Below are positions 8,991 through 18,121 of a stretch of DNA of 64,000 nt, piece by piece; the first letter of the stretch is position 1, and each line of letters begins with the position of its first letter. Under the pieces are notes generated by a model. It made no database searches, was not told where the DNA came from, and worked only from the letters and a program-made list of their open reading frames with translations. Source of the DNA: Candidatus Saccharimonadota bacterium (GTDB taxonomy: Bacteria > Patescibacteriota > Saccharimonadia > Saccharimonadales > JACOTW01); NCBI GenBank assembly GCA_016178135.1, contig JACOTW010000001.1:228-64227 (forward strand), in the 5' to 3' direction. Position numbers and translations under genes: made by a program.

Positions 8991-9449
8991 ATGAAGAAAC
9001 AATTTTATCTAACCAAACAGGGCATAGAAGAGTTACGCAATGAACTTGACGAGCTACTAGCTCAACGTGGGTCAATTGCCGAACGCATTAAGACTGCCAG
9101 AGAATTTGGCGATCTTTCCGAAAACGCAGAATATAGTTCCGCGCGTCAGGAGCAGGAAAAAGCAGAAGGTCGGATAGCTGAAATTGAACACATTCTCCAA
9201 AACGTTGAGGTGATTGCTAGGCCTAAAGTTGATGGCAAAGTTCGACTTGGTTCACGCGTTATGCTAACCAATAATGGAAAAACCAAAGAGTTCCAGGTAG
9301 TTGGTACAGTAGAAGCCGATCCTTTAAACGGCAAAATATCAGATGAATCTCCAATCGGTCAAGCATTGATCGGTAAAAATATTGGGGATGAGGTTGAAAT
9401 TACCACCTCCGTTGAGACATCTATTTACAAGATTACAGAAATCGTTTAA
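8991..9449 (+). CDS. greA: transcription elongation factor GreA
   Basis: AREFGDLSENAEY, ISDESPIGQAL. Confidence 0.97.
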   Translation: MKKQFYLTKQGIEELRNELDELLAQRGSIAERIKTAREFGDLSENAEYSSARQEQEKAEGRIAEIEHILQNVEVIARPKVDGKVRLGSRVMLTNNGKTKEFQVVGTVEADPLNGKISDESPIGQALIGKNIGDEVEITTSVETSIYKITEIV

Positions 9450-9472
9450 ACGAGGCTTTTGTATATATTGAT

Positions 9473-10975
9473 ATGGCTACATTGAAAGAGCTACGCGATG
9501 AGCGACTACGCAAGCTGGAGGAATTAAAAAAACTCGGTATTAACCCATACCCAGCCAGTTCAACACGTACTCATACCGCAAAAGAGGTAATTGACGGATT
9601 TGACGCATTACAAGGTCAAACCGTTAGTTTGACGGGACGGATAATTAATACGCGGAAATTTGGTAAAATAGCTTTTTTTGTGCTGAAAGATGCCAGTGGT
9701 GAGATCCAGCTTTTTTTAAAGCCTGATAATTTTTCACAATCAAGTTACGAAAATAGCGAGATCGGATTCGAGGAAATTAATCTTTTGGATCCTGGTGATT
9801 TCATCGAGGCCAGCGGCCCTGTTATAAAAACACAAACTGGTGAAATATCCATAGAAGTACATTCATTGCGCGTACTGACCAAAACGCTTAGACCGATGCC
9901 TTTGCCACAAGAAGGCTTTACTGACAAAGAACAGCGTATGCGTCGTCGCTATATAGATATTAATGTCAATAAAAATATTTATGAACGCTATGTTCGGCGC
10001 AGTAGGTTTTGGCAGGCTACCCGCGACTTCTTGTTGAAAGAAGGATTTCTTGAGATCAATGTACCAGTTTTGGAGCACACAACCGGTGGTGCTGATGCTA
10101 CGCCGTTTGTTACCCATATGAATGCCATTGATCAGGATTTTTATTTGCGCATTTCTCATGAACTTCCACTTAAACGTCTAATTGGCGGTGGCTATGAAAA
10201 AGTTTTTGACATTGGTCCGCGTTTCAGAAATGAAAATTACACAGATGAACATTTGCCGGAGCATATTGCTATGGAATGGTATTGGGCATATGCCGATTGG
10301 CAGGATGGTATGCGATTGATCCAAAACATGTTCAGATATGTTATGCAGGAAGTGTATGGCAAGTTGCAGTTCAAGATCGGTGATTTTGACGTGGATTTAG
10401 CTAAAGAATGGGAGCAGATTGACTACGCTAAAATTATCCAAAAACATTTCGGGTTGAATGTTTTCGATTGTTCGCTAGACGAGGTCAAAGAACAGCTTGC
10501 CAAACATAAGATTGAAGTTGAAAAAACCGAAAATAAGGCTCGTGGTATTGATAAACTCTGGAAAAGCATTCGTTCTAGTATTGCTGGACCGGCTTTTTTG
10601 GTTAATACGCCAACATTTATCTCGCCATTATCAAAAACCAGTCCGACTAATCCGGCCATGGTTGATCGATTTCAGCCAATCATTGCCGGAAGCGAGCTTG
10701 GCAATGGCTGGAGCGAACTCAACGATCCAATCGATCAATTAAATCGTTTCAAAGAACAACAGGCTATGCGTGATGCTGGTGATGATGAAGCTCAAATGCT
10801 TGATATTGATTACGTTGAAATGCTGGAATACGGTATGCCGCCAACCTGTGGATATGGTAATTCGGAGCGTGTGTTTTGGGTATTTGAAGGTGTAAGTGCG
10901 CGGGAAGGCGTTCCGTTTCCGCAGCTACGCCGAGAAATCGACACCACAACCAAATCAATCTACCAAATTGATTAG
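9473..10975 (+). CDS. lysS: lysine--tRNA ligase (class II)
   Basis: OB-fold N-terminus, GGADATPFVTH, YLRISHEL, FRNE, ELNDP, YGMPP. Confidence 0.97.
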   Translation: MATLKELRDERLRKLEELKKLGINPYPASSTRTHTAKEVIDGFDALQGQTVSLTGRIINTRKFGKIAFFVLKDASGEIQLFLKPDNFSQSSYENSEIGFEEINLLDPGDFIEASGPVIKTQTGEISIEVHSLRVLTKTLRPMPLPQEGFTDKEQRMRRRYIDINVNKNIYERYVRRSRFWQATRDFLLKEGFLEINVPVLEHTTGGADATPFVTHMNAIDQDFYLRISHELPLKRLIGGGYEKVFDIGPRFRNENYTDEHLPEHIAMEWYWAYADWQDGMRLIQNMFRYVMQEVYGKLQFKIGDFDVDLAKEWEQIDYAKIIQKHFGLNVFDCSLDEVKEQLAKHKIEVEKTENKARGIDKLWKSIRSSIAGPAFLVNTPTFISPLSKTSPTNPAMVDRFQPIIAGSELGNGWSELNDPIDQLNRFKEQQAMRDAGDDEAQMLDIDYVEMLEYGMPPTCGYGNSERVFWVFEGVSAREGVPFPQLRREIDTTTKSIYQID

Positions 10976-12339
10976 CTTTCGCACAAGCTGATTTGCTCCG
11001 GTGACGAGCGATTTTTGATAACAGTAGAGCCTAGTTTAGCGATATCATTAATGATAAAGTTTCTTATGGTGTTTTGTTCTTCTGGTGTTATTATTCCACG
11101 GGCATTTGATAAAGTTAGCGTCCTGGAAATAGGTTGTGTAGTGGTTATTTGACTCCATTCTACACAATGTTCTACTTTTAAAGATTTGAGTAATAAATGC
11201 AACCATGTGCGATAGAAGGCGCGAGTGTTGGGTGGCGATTGGCTGGCTTTTTCTAGGTCGTCTTTGGATAACTGATTGGCAAAGTGGCCTTCTTCATGGA
11301 ATCGGTAGCCAACTCCTTGGCCAGTTTCTGTGTTCATGCCACGTAGACAATCATAATTTAGGTCTAGGGCAGCCAAATCCATGGGTTTTGTAAGGCCTTT
11401 TTGTTCGGCAATGTAGGTTTTGGTCACGTGGTCAATTTCTCTCCAGAGTAACATGGGGTCACGACGGTAACGCTGTACCTGATCTATGAGCTCCGGTAAC
11501 ATTTCTCGTTCATCGTCTGCCAGTAAATCTTGATGCTTCATAGCTTGGTTAAGCAAGTCCTCTATTACGTCTGTTGGATACAACATTCCGTTATTTGTTT
11601 GTAGCGCTACATTGCCAAACCTACTGTGAGATATTTTTTTGGCAGCTGGTATGACCTCTTGATAAAAATACTTTGGGTATATTCCATTTTCACATAGACG
11701 TAGTCCGATACTGAACAGGCCTAGTGTTGTGGCGGTGGCGCGTGGATTAATGTTCGGGTCGGCTGTAATTTGCAAACGAAATGTATCCTCGCTATCGCCA
11801 TTATGATTTTCGTCACGATCTATTATCCATGGCTTATGAGCTTGGTGAGCCAATTTTGTTATGACATCAGTGATGGCTGAGCCACGTTGACTAGTGCCAA
11901 ACATCACAGTATCTTCTAATAGTAAACCGGTTCTATCGGCCCAGCCGGCACCATTAATGATCATGCAGGCGGTTATAAAAGTACCTAACTGTTCCGCTAT
12001 TTTTGCCCGTGATGTAGTTGCTGTCACCTCAAGATTTATATGAAAACCCCTAATAGTTGGCTCACCGCCCTCACTGTGTCCACGGATACGCCGGTGTATT
12101 CGTTGCGAGTTGGTGCTTTTTGCTATTAGTAAATCACTGACATGAGTGTAGATTGTGGCTTCGGCTATGCCGGCTGTCTCCGGAGTAGCACATTCCAGGC
12201 CATACCCATCCGGATAAGTTAAACCTCCATTTAGCTCCCAGTAAGAGAACCCCCCTGTTTGCGTTAAGTTGTTTTTGACCATGTATTCCATCTCTGTGCC
12301 AAAGATACGACGCTCTGGATTTTCAATACGGTCTATCAT
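10972..12339 (-). CDS. Pup ligase/deamidase (PafA/Dop) family protein
   Basis: RRIFGTEMEY, NGGLTYPD..LECATPE, GFHINL, GAG, SQR, IDRDENH, RLQITADPN, DLNY, PPNTRA, VEW in PafA order; start at ATG 12339 (MIDRIENPERR). Confidence 0.85.
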   Translation of the reverse strand: MIDRIENPERRIFGTEMEYMVKNNLTQTGGFSYWELNGGLTYPDGYGLECATPETAGIAEATIYTHVSDLLIAKSTNSQRIHRRIRGHSEGGEPTIRGFHINLEVTATTSRAKIAEQLGTFITACMIINGAGWADRTGLLLEDTVMFGTSQRGSAITDVITKLAHQAHKPWIIDRDENHNGDSEDTFRLQITADPNINPRATATTLGLFSIGLRLCENGIYPKYFYQEVIPAAKKISHSRFGNVALQTNNGMLYPTDVIEDLLNQAMKHQDLLADDEREMLPELIDQVQRYRRDPMLLWREIDHVTKTYIAEQKGLTKPMDLAALDLNYDCLRGMNTETGQGVGYRFHEEGHFANQLSKDDLEKASQSPPNTRAFYRTWLHLLLKSLKVEHCVEWSQITTTQPISRTLTLSNARGIITPEEQNTIRNFIINDIAKLGSTVIKNRSSPEQISLCES

Positions 12340-12627
12340 AAATAAATAAAAACACAGATTACACTTATAAACAAAAGCATTTCCCTGATTGATCCCAAGT
12401 ATTTGCAAATGTTGAAATATTATAAAATAATCGATTTGGAACAAAAATCATCACGTGCTGACTTTACGGTTTATTTGGCAAGAAGTCTTTAATTGTGCTA
12501 TGCTTAAGTTAAGCAAGTGGTTACTATACCTCTCCGTTGTCATAATTCGTCCAAAAGACTGAAGTATCATCACCGGTTAGACAATACTAGCGCGGGCGAT
12601 ATTAGTTAAAGAGAGGACAATATTAAA

Positions 12628-12924
12628 ATGGCGATGAAACTTTACGTAGGTGGTCTGGCTTATGCCGTTACCGATAAAGAATTAGAAGACTTTTTCGCGG
12701 GACAAGGAAAAGTAGTTAGTGCAGTAGTCATAAAAGATAGAGACAGCGGTCAATCAAAAGGCTTCGGTTTTGTAGAGATGGAAGATGACACAGAAGCACA
12801 AAACGCAATCAAAGAACTAAATGGTAAAGAACTAAGCGGCCGATCATTAACGGTCAACCAGGCTCGTCCCCAAGAGGATCGACGTCCTGGCGGTAATGGC
12901 GGTAGTTTCCGTAAATCTTACTAG
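12628..12924 (+). CDS. RRM RNA-binding protein
   Basis: RNP2 LYVGGL, RNP1 KGFGFVEM; SD GAGG. Confidence 0.95.
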   Translation: MAMKLYVGGLAYAVTDKELEDFFAGQGKVVSAVVIKDRDSGQSKGFGFVEMEDDTEAQNAIKELNGKELSGRSLTVNQARPQEDRRPGGNGGSFRKSY

Positions 12925-13035
12925 TTCCGAGTTTTACGTTTATAGACATCACACTCTGATGCCCCATAAAGTCCATGCTCACAAGTAGTGCAAGCCAGCT
13001 ATCCAGCGAACCTGTCAGGGTGAACTGTATCTATA

Positions 13036-13366
13036 CTGGACCTGTCGCAAAGCTCCCCCATCCCCAGACCAATTCATCTCGATTGGTAGCGGTCTGTCTT
13101 CTCTCGATGTAGCAAAGAGCTAATTAACATCTATCTGTCGGCTAAAATCTTCAGGTCTGTCACTTTTATTCTGTTTTTTGTTTTCGGTTCGTACCGATAG
13201 GTACGACCAAAAGCCAAGAAAACAGAATAAAAATCATGACAGCTGCTAAAGATTCGCTATCAACAGATAGATATTAATTAGCTCTAAGGCTACCTCTCCT
13301 TCAGCCAAACCACTCCCAACTCGAGCTGATTTAGCCTGGGAACGGGCGATTTTGCGACAGGTCCAG
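13036..13366 (+). mobile_element. family A element with nested G
   Basis: CTGGACCTGTCGCAAA...TTTGCGACAGGTCCAG; flanks TATA/TGTA. Confidence 0.92.
13117..13284 (+). mobile_element. family G foldback element (168 bp) inserted in the central loop of A
   Basis: GAGCTAATTAACATCTATCTG...CAGATAGATATTAATTAGCTC; flanks AAA/TAA; second copy at 34043. Confidence 0.9.
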
Positions 13367-13530
13367 TGTAGATACCGAGAACTGAACCAATTCGTCAGAT
13401 AGTCGGATGGTGCTGGTTGTGAGTGCGGAATGGGGGCTATATGTGTATAAAGTGTGAAAGTCGTGTTAGAGATAAATAATTTAAAATAAAGTCGAGCTTT
13501 TTGGTTTGGCTGAGATCGGTATTATTTTCT

Positions 13531-14574
13531 ATGAAAAAAATTGATAAACACATTGAGATAGTGCGCTCCTCTGTGGCTAGTTTTAATTCTATGAGCGGGG
13601 TATCCTGCCATGATGCCCAGGCAGTTTTGGCTAAACACTATGCCCATGTCGGTATTACTATGATTGACAATTTGTCGGACCTGGAAGCTTTAGTGGACCT
13701 AAAGCCGGATCTGGTTTTTTTAGGTATGAAATTTGTGCCCATTGCTCCCGATCTAGGACTAGAAGATCCAAACAAAATTTGGGTAACCAGCTATCTGGAT
13801 GAACACGGCATAGTCTATACGGGGTCAAGCCAGCTCGCACACGAACTGGAACTAAATAAGCATCTGGCAAAACAGCATGTCCATGATGCCGGTTTGGCTA
13901 CATCTGAATTTTTTGTAGTACCCCTAAATCAAGCCATACCTAGTCACAACCTACCTCTAACTTTTCCTTTATTTATAAAGCCAACCAATCGAGGTGGTGG
14001 TGTGGGCATTGATAGTAAATCAGTGGTGCATACGCCTTTTGAATTTGATGAAAAAGTGGCGTTTATTGCAAAAAACTTACAATCGGATTCATTGGTAGAA
14101 AAATATTTGGATGGCCGAGAATTTAGTGTGGCAATTTTGAAACAAGAATATTCCACTGAATATTCAATAATGCCACTAGAATTGATTGCTCCTAAGGATG
14201 AATATGGCGCACGTATTTTGAGCGCACGTATAAAAGCTGCCGATACGGAACGTTTCATGGAGGTTACTGACGAGGATATTAAGTATCGAATTTCAACACT
14301 GGCAATTGATGTTTTTCATGCTTTAGGCGCGCGCGATTATGGACGTATAGATATTAGAATGGACACATTTGGGGTTCCGTATTTTCTGGAGGCAAACCTT
14401 ATACCCAGTCTACTCAAAGGCTATGGCAACTTTCCTAAGGCCTGCCTACTTAACATAGATCTGGATTATGAATCCATGCTTCTTAGTATTGTGCGCCTAG
14501 CTTTCTGTCGTAGCCCAAATAGTACTACTTACGTGCCGTATCTGGCTACTTCGAACATAGCTTACGCAGTCTGA
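13531..14574 (+). CDS. ddl: D-alanine--D-alanine ligase-like ATP-grasp protein
   Basis: YTGS, NKHLAK, FPLFIKP, EKYLDGREFSV, YGRIDIR, LEANLIP; atypical N-terminus. Confidence 0.75.
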   Translation: MKKIDKHIEIVRSSVASFNSMSGVSCHDAQAVLAKHYAHVGITMIDNLSDLEALVDLKPDLVFLGMKFVPIAPDLGLEDPNKIWVTSYLDEHGIVYTGSSQLAHELELNKHLAKQHVHDAGLATSEFFVVPLNQAIPSHNLPLTFPLFIKPTNRGGGVGIDSKSVVHTPFEFDEKVAFIAKNLQSDSLVEKYLDGREFSVAILKQEYSTEYSIMPLELIAPKDEYGARILSARIKAADTERFMEVTDEDIKYRISTLAIDVFHALGARDYGRIDIRMDTFGVPYFLEANLIPSLLKGYGNFPKACLLNIDLDYESMLLSIVRLAFCRSPNSTTYVPYLATSNIAYAV

Positions 14575-14578
14575 TATG

Positions 14579-14832
14579 CTAGACCAATCGCAAACTCTCT
14601 TTCGGACACGAGTTTCGCACTTTTCCATAGCCCCAGATGACACCTGACAAGCTACAGCCACTCACTCCTCACTCAACATAGGCTATAGCCCAAGCCTCCC
14701 TCGGATTGAACAACTGTAACCAGCCAGCTGCAACCTGGCATCAATGGCTAAGTGCGAAACTCGTGTCGGATAAAAACAGTTTTCGCTCGAACTGATTCGC
14801 CCTGGGAACGACGGATTTCGCGACAGGTCCAG
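14579..14832 (+). mobile_element. internally deleted family A element with nested C
   Basis: CTAGACCAATCGCAAA left end; right arm AAAACAGTTTTCGCTCGA...CGACAGGTCCAG. Confidence 0.8.
14607..14765 (+). mobile_element. family C element (159 bp)
   Basis: CACGAGTTTCGCACTT...AAGTGCGAAACTCGTG perfect 16-bp TIR; TCGGA duplicated on both sides. Confidence 0.92.
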
Positions 14833-14876
14833 TATACCGTTACGACAGTTATGGCCATAGGGTGTATTATTAGTTT

Positions 14877-15521
14877 ATGCAAAAGGCGATGTTTGGGGCG
14901 GGGTGTTTTTGGGGAGTGCAGTATTATTTTGACCAAGTACCTGGGGTAAATAAAACTACCGTAGGCTATAGCGGCGGGCATACCAAAAATCCGTCTTATG
15001 AAGAAGTTTGTACGCATACTACTGGTCATGCGGAAGTGGTTGAAATTGAGTTTGACCCAAGTAAAGTCAGCTATGAAACACTTGTAAAACAATTTTTTCG
15101 GATGCACGACCCCACACAATTAAATAGGCAAGGTCCAGATGTAGGCGATAGCTATAGCCATCCCAAAACAAAATGACCATTTTTGTCTGCGCCTGATGAT
15201 CTAAAAACTACTTTTTTGTCTGCAGCATATCTACGGATATGCTTTAGCCAAAGAAAGCTAGTTTTTAGACTCATCATCCATCACTCAAAATTTGGTCATT
15301 TTGTTTTGGAATGGCTATATCGTTCGGCGATTTTTTATTTTGATGACGATCAAAAGCAAATTGCCGGAACAATTAAAGCGACCACGCAAAATAGTTCTGA
15401 AAAGCCCATCGTAACAGAAATAACTCAAGCTATGGAGTTTTACAAAGCTGAAGATTACCACCAAAAATACACCGAACGCACTGGTCGCGGCATGTGCCAC
15501 GTGCCATATAAAGAGGTATAG
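14877..15521 (+). pseudogene. msrA: peptide methionine sulfoxide reductase A interrupted by a family E element
   Basis: [28 protein letters not shown] | RSAIF, AEDYHQKY; 165-bp insertion with in-frame TGA 15174-15176. Confidence 0.92.
15155..15317 (+). mobile_element. family E element (163 bp)
   Basis: TAGCCATCCCAAAACAAAATGACCA...TGGTCATTTTGTTTTGGAATGGCTA; TA duplicated; removal restores GAT AGC TAT CGT. Confidence 0.95.
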
Positions 15522-15566
15522 CATAGCAACATACAAAAAGTGCGAAACTCGTGTATACTTCTTTTT

Positions 15567-16454
15567 ATGGCGAAGAAAACTTCTAATAAGGCAAAGATAA
15601 AATCGAAGGTAACTAAGAAAACTAAGACCCGCAAATTAATTACTACTAGTCTGAAAATAACAAGAAAAACCAAACTTGGCTGGGTCAACACTATAGACCA
15701 CAAGCAACTTAGAATACTTCATATATTAAGTGGAGTGTTATTTGTGGTACTTGCCATAGCTGCCGGTACGATTATGAAAACCACTAACTACCAACTGTAT
15801 ACAAGCTACGTTACAAGAGATGAGCTTGCAAGTCGGACAACTACCGTACTAGTGCCAGCGGCGCATAATTTTTATGAACTTGATGTTAGATGGGCCGTGG
15901 TTGTTTTGATGGCTTCAGCTGCTATTATTCCGCTCCTGATGGTTACTAAATTAAAAGATCGTTATCATTCCTGGATAAAGGAAGGTGTTCACCCTTGGCG
16001 CTGGATTGATGTTGCCGTAACTATGGCGTTAACCGTGGGTCTGACAGCACTTGTAAGTGGCGTACAGGATATACTAACGCTGAAATTAGTGGTTGGGCTT
16101 ATTGTTTTGGTGGCTGTACTTGCCTGGCTTTCCGAACGGCAAAATAAAGGGTTAAATAAACCGGTATGGTCGCTGTTTGTAATAAGTTTTATCACTGGTC
16201 TGTTTGTTTGGGCGGTTATTGCGAGTTCGTTTATTAGTACCTATATATGGGGTATGGTGCGTTTTCCGTGGTTCGTGTACGCGGTGGTGACCATGACATT
16301 TATAGGTTTTGGCTTAGCGGCCATCAATCACTACAATTACCTTAGACGTTATGGTAATTGGAAAAATTATATGTTCGTTGAACGTAATTACCTAATCATT
16401 AATCTTGTATCCAAATTTGCTTTTGTCGCCATATTTATTATGGGCTTAAAGTAA
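15567..16454 (+). CDS. heliorhodopsin-like protein with Lys-rich N-terminal extension
   Basis: seven hydrophobic segments; HPWRWIDV (cf. RWxEY), SGVQD, WLSERQN, PWFVY, GNWKNYMFVERNYLIINLVSK (cf. ERxYIxLSLVAK). Confidence 0.82.
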   Translation: MAKKTSNKAKIKSKVTKKTKTRKLITTSLKITRKTKLGWVNTIDHKQLRILHILSGVLFVVLAIAAGTIMKTTNYQLYTSYVTRDELASRTTTVLVPAAHNFYELDVRWAVVVLMASAAIIPLLMVTKLKDRYHSWIKEGVHPWRWIDVAVTMALTVGLTALVSGVQDILTLKLVVGLIVLVAVLAWLSERQNKGLNKPVWSLFVISFITGLFVWAVIASSFISTYIWGMVRFPWFVYAVVTMTFIGFGLAAINHYNYLRRYGNWKNYMFVERNYLIINLVSKFAFVAIFIMGLK

Positions 16455-16455
16455 A

Positions 16456-16534
16456 CACGAGTTTTGCTTAGTTTTTTGAAACAATCTGGCATCGATGGCT
16501 AAGTGCACAATGCCTAACCATTACGAAAATCGTG
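16456..16534 (+). mobile_element. degenerate family C derivative
   Basis: CACGAGTTTT..TGGCATCGATGGCTAAGTGCA..AAAATCGTG. Confidence 0.7.
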
Positions 16535-16597
16535 CTTGTGTTTACTTGCAGGCCATGAGTATACTGGTAAGCAATATAACAATCTAAGGAAGCATTT

Positions 16598-17263
16598 ATG
16601 CCAGAAGAACATGATAATTCATTATTCCATGAAAGAAGTGCCAACACTTACTCTAGCGCTCCAACACCAGCAGTTTACCCAGAGCCCTTGGAGGGCATGG
16701 TTGCTCCAACGCCGGACTTTACTACTACTAAGCCGGTAACTCAAAGCGTGTCTGACGAGGCCCCTAAAACATTATCCATAACGGATACTCAATCAAACGG
16801 AGATCCCGTACCTGTAGTACGTGTGTTGAGTGTGCGTGGGGTAGAATATTTGATGATGTCATTTGCTCTGTGGCTAGGGGCAGGTTCATTAATCTGGGTG
16901 TTACTTGCCCTGATTAATGGTTACGGTAGCACAACCACACTAGCAATGCCTGGTGCGACAATGATTGTGAGCGTGCCAGTCTTCGCCTTTTTCTTTTTGC
17001 GACTAAGAAAACAGGAGCTGGTCAACTCATCTCTACGTTATGAGCCTTCAAAGCGGCGCCTTACTCAAATAACTCAATTTGTAGCATTTATTACTTGTAT
17101 GCTTAATACTGTTACATTTGTGTATCTCATGATTGCTAAAGTTAGCGGTCAAGATGGTATTGTTCTATGGAAAGCCTTCGCAAACCTATTGATTGTTCTC
17201 ATAGTGGTTGGCGGGATTTTGGCCTATTACTGGGCAGATGAACATCGCACGATAAGGGACTGA
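16598..17263 (+). CDS. membrane protein, DUF5671-like
   Basis: disordered N-terminus then four TM helices; EYLMMSFAL, IVSVPVF, GILAYYW. Confidence 0.65.
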   Translation: MPEEHDNSLFHERSANTYSSAPTPAVYPEPLEGMVAPTPDFTTTKPVTQSVSDEAPKTLSITDTQSNGDPVPVVRVLSVRGVEYLMMSFALWLGAGSLIWVLLALINGYGSTTTLAMPGATMIVSVPVFAFFFLRLRKQELVNSSLRYEPSKRRLTQITQFVAFITCMLNTVTFVYLMIAKVSGQDGIVLWKAFANLLIVLIVVGGILAYYWADEHRTIRD

Positions 17264-17269
17264 ATATCT

Positions 17270-18121
17270 ATGAAAAAATACTATATAGGTGTTACGATTC
17301 TTATAGCAATAACCCTAGGGCTAACTGGCTACATCTTTGTGGGGGCTACTGCGGAAAAGCAAGATCGACAAACAGAGAAAAAAGCTCAAGAAATCGTTAC
17401 AAAATTAAATAGCCATATTAGAACTTCTCAAAAAATTCCGGAAAACCTTACGGAAGCGGGTATTAAAGACGTGCCATCAACCATTAGCTACTCTAAACAA
17501 TCATCAAGTGAATATGAGTTTTGCACGACCTATAAGTCGTCTAAAGGCTATGGATATAGTGATCCTAGCTCAATTCTAAGTGGCATGGCAACACGACAAT
17601 TGGGTGGTTATGATACAGAATCTTCGAATAGCGTCTATAAGTCCAGTGGTCTAAGTAGTCTATATGTAAACTACACTCATAAAAAAGGTAAAAATTGCCA
17701 AACGGTCAAGCCGTATCTATATAACTATGATTCAACGGATAATTTGTATTATAATAAGCCCAACAATTCCAGTTCCTCGTCCCTGTCATCATCTAGTCAG
17801 GATGTTGAACGAAAGACTGACATAATGGCACTGCAATCACAACTGGAAGATTATTATAATCAGAACGGAGTTTATCCTACGGTTAATGACATTAATAGTG
17901 CATCATGGCGTAGCATTAATATGAAAAACCTAAATAAAGAATATTTACGCGATCCGTTAAGTGGAAGTTATGCACTTACAAGTATTCCAATGAAAAATTA
18001 CTATTCCTATGAGGTATTGGGATCGAATGGAAAGGCTTGTATGTCTACAGACTGCGCATCCTACACTTTAAGTGCCAAATTAAGCGACGGCACTTCGTAT
18101 GTCAAGCAAAGCCTGATATGA
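17270..18121 (+). CDS. membrane-anchored protein with pilin/GspG-like domain
   Basis: N-terminal TM; DVERKTDIMALQSQLEDYYNQNGVYP..DP..YSY..C..C.SYTLSAKL. Confidence 0.65.
   Translation: MKKYYIGVTILIAITLGLTGYIFVGATAEKQDRQTEKKAQEIVTKLNSHIRTSQKIPENLTEAGIKDVPSTISYSKQSSSEYEFCTTYKSSKGYGYSDPSSILSGMATRQLGGYDTESSNSVYKSSGLSSLYVNYTHKKGKNCQTVKPYLYNYDSTDNLYYNKPNNSSSSSLSSSSQDVERKTDIMALQSQLEDYYNQNGVYPTVNDINSASWRSINMKNLNKEYLRDPLSGSYALTSIPMKNYYSYEVLGSNGKACMSTDCASYTLSAKLSDGTSYVKQSLI

Larger units (their letters stand above)
12943..13465. mobile_element. degenerate foldback element related to C/D, host of a nested A and G
   Basis: arms pair (CACACT/AGTGTG, GCCCCAT/ATGGGG(G)C, GCTCACAA/TTGTGAGT, CCAGC/GCTGG); right end AAAGTGTGAAAGTCGTG; empty centre GTATC-TATA-GATAC. 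Confidence 0.55.

Noticed and set aside
12990..13030. SRP RNA or riboswitch (GAACCTGTCAGG)
   Set aside because: The SRP helix-8 GGAA loop and AGCAG are missing; the right end and central hairpin fit a degenerate element better.
15174..15176. TGA recoded as Gly/Trp (code 25 or 4)
   Set aside because: TGA ends proS, pyrG, xseA and ftsI at expected positions and is absent inside conserved genes.
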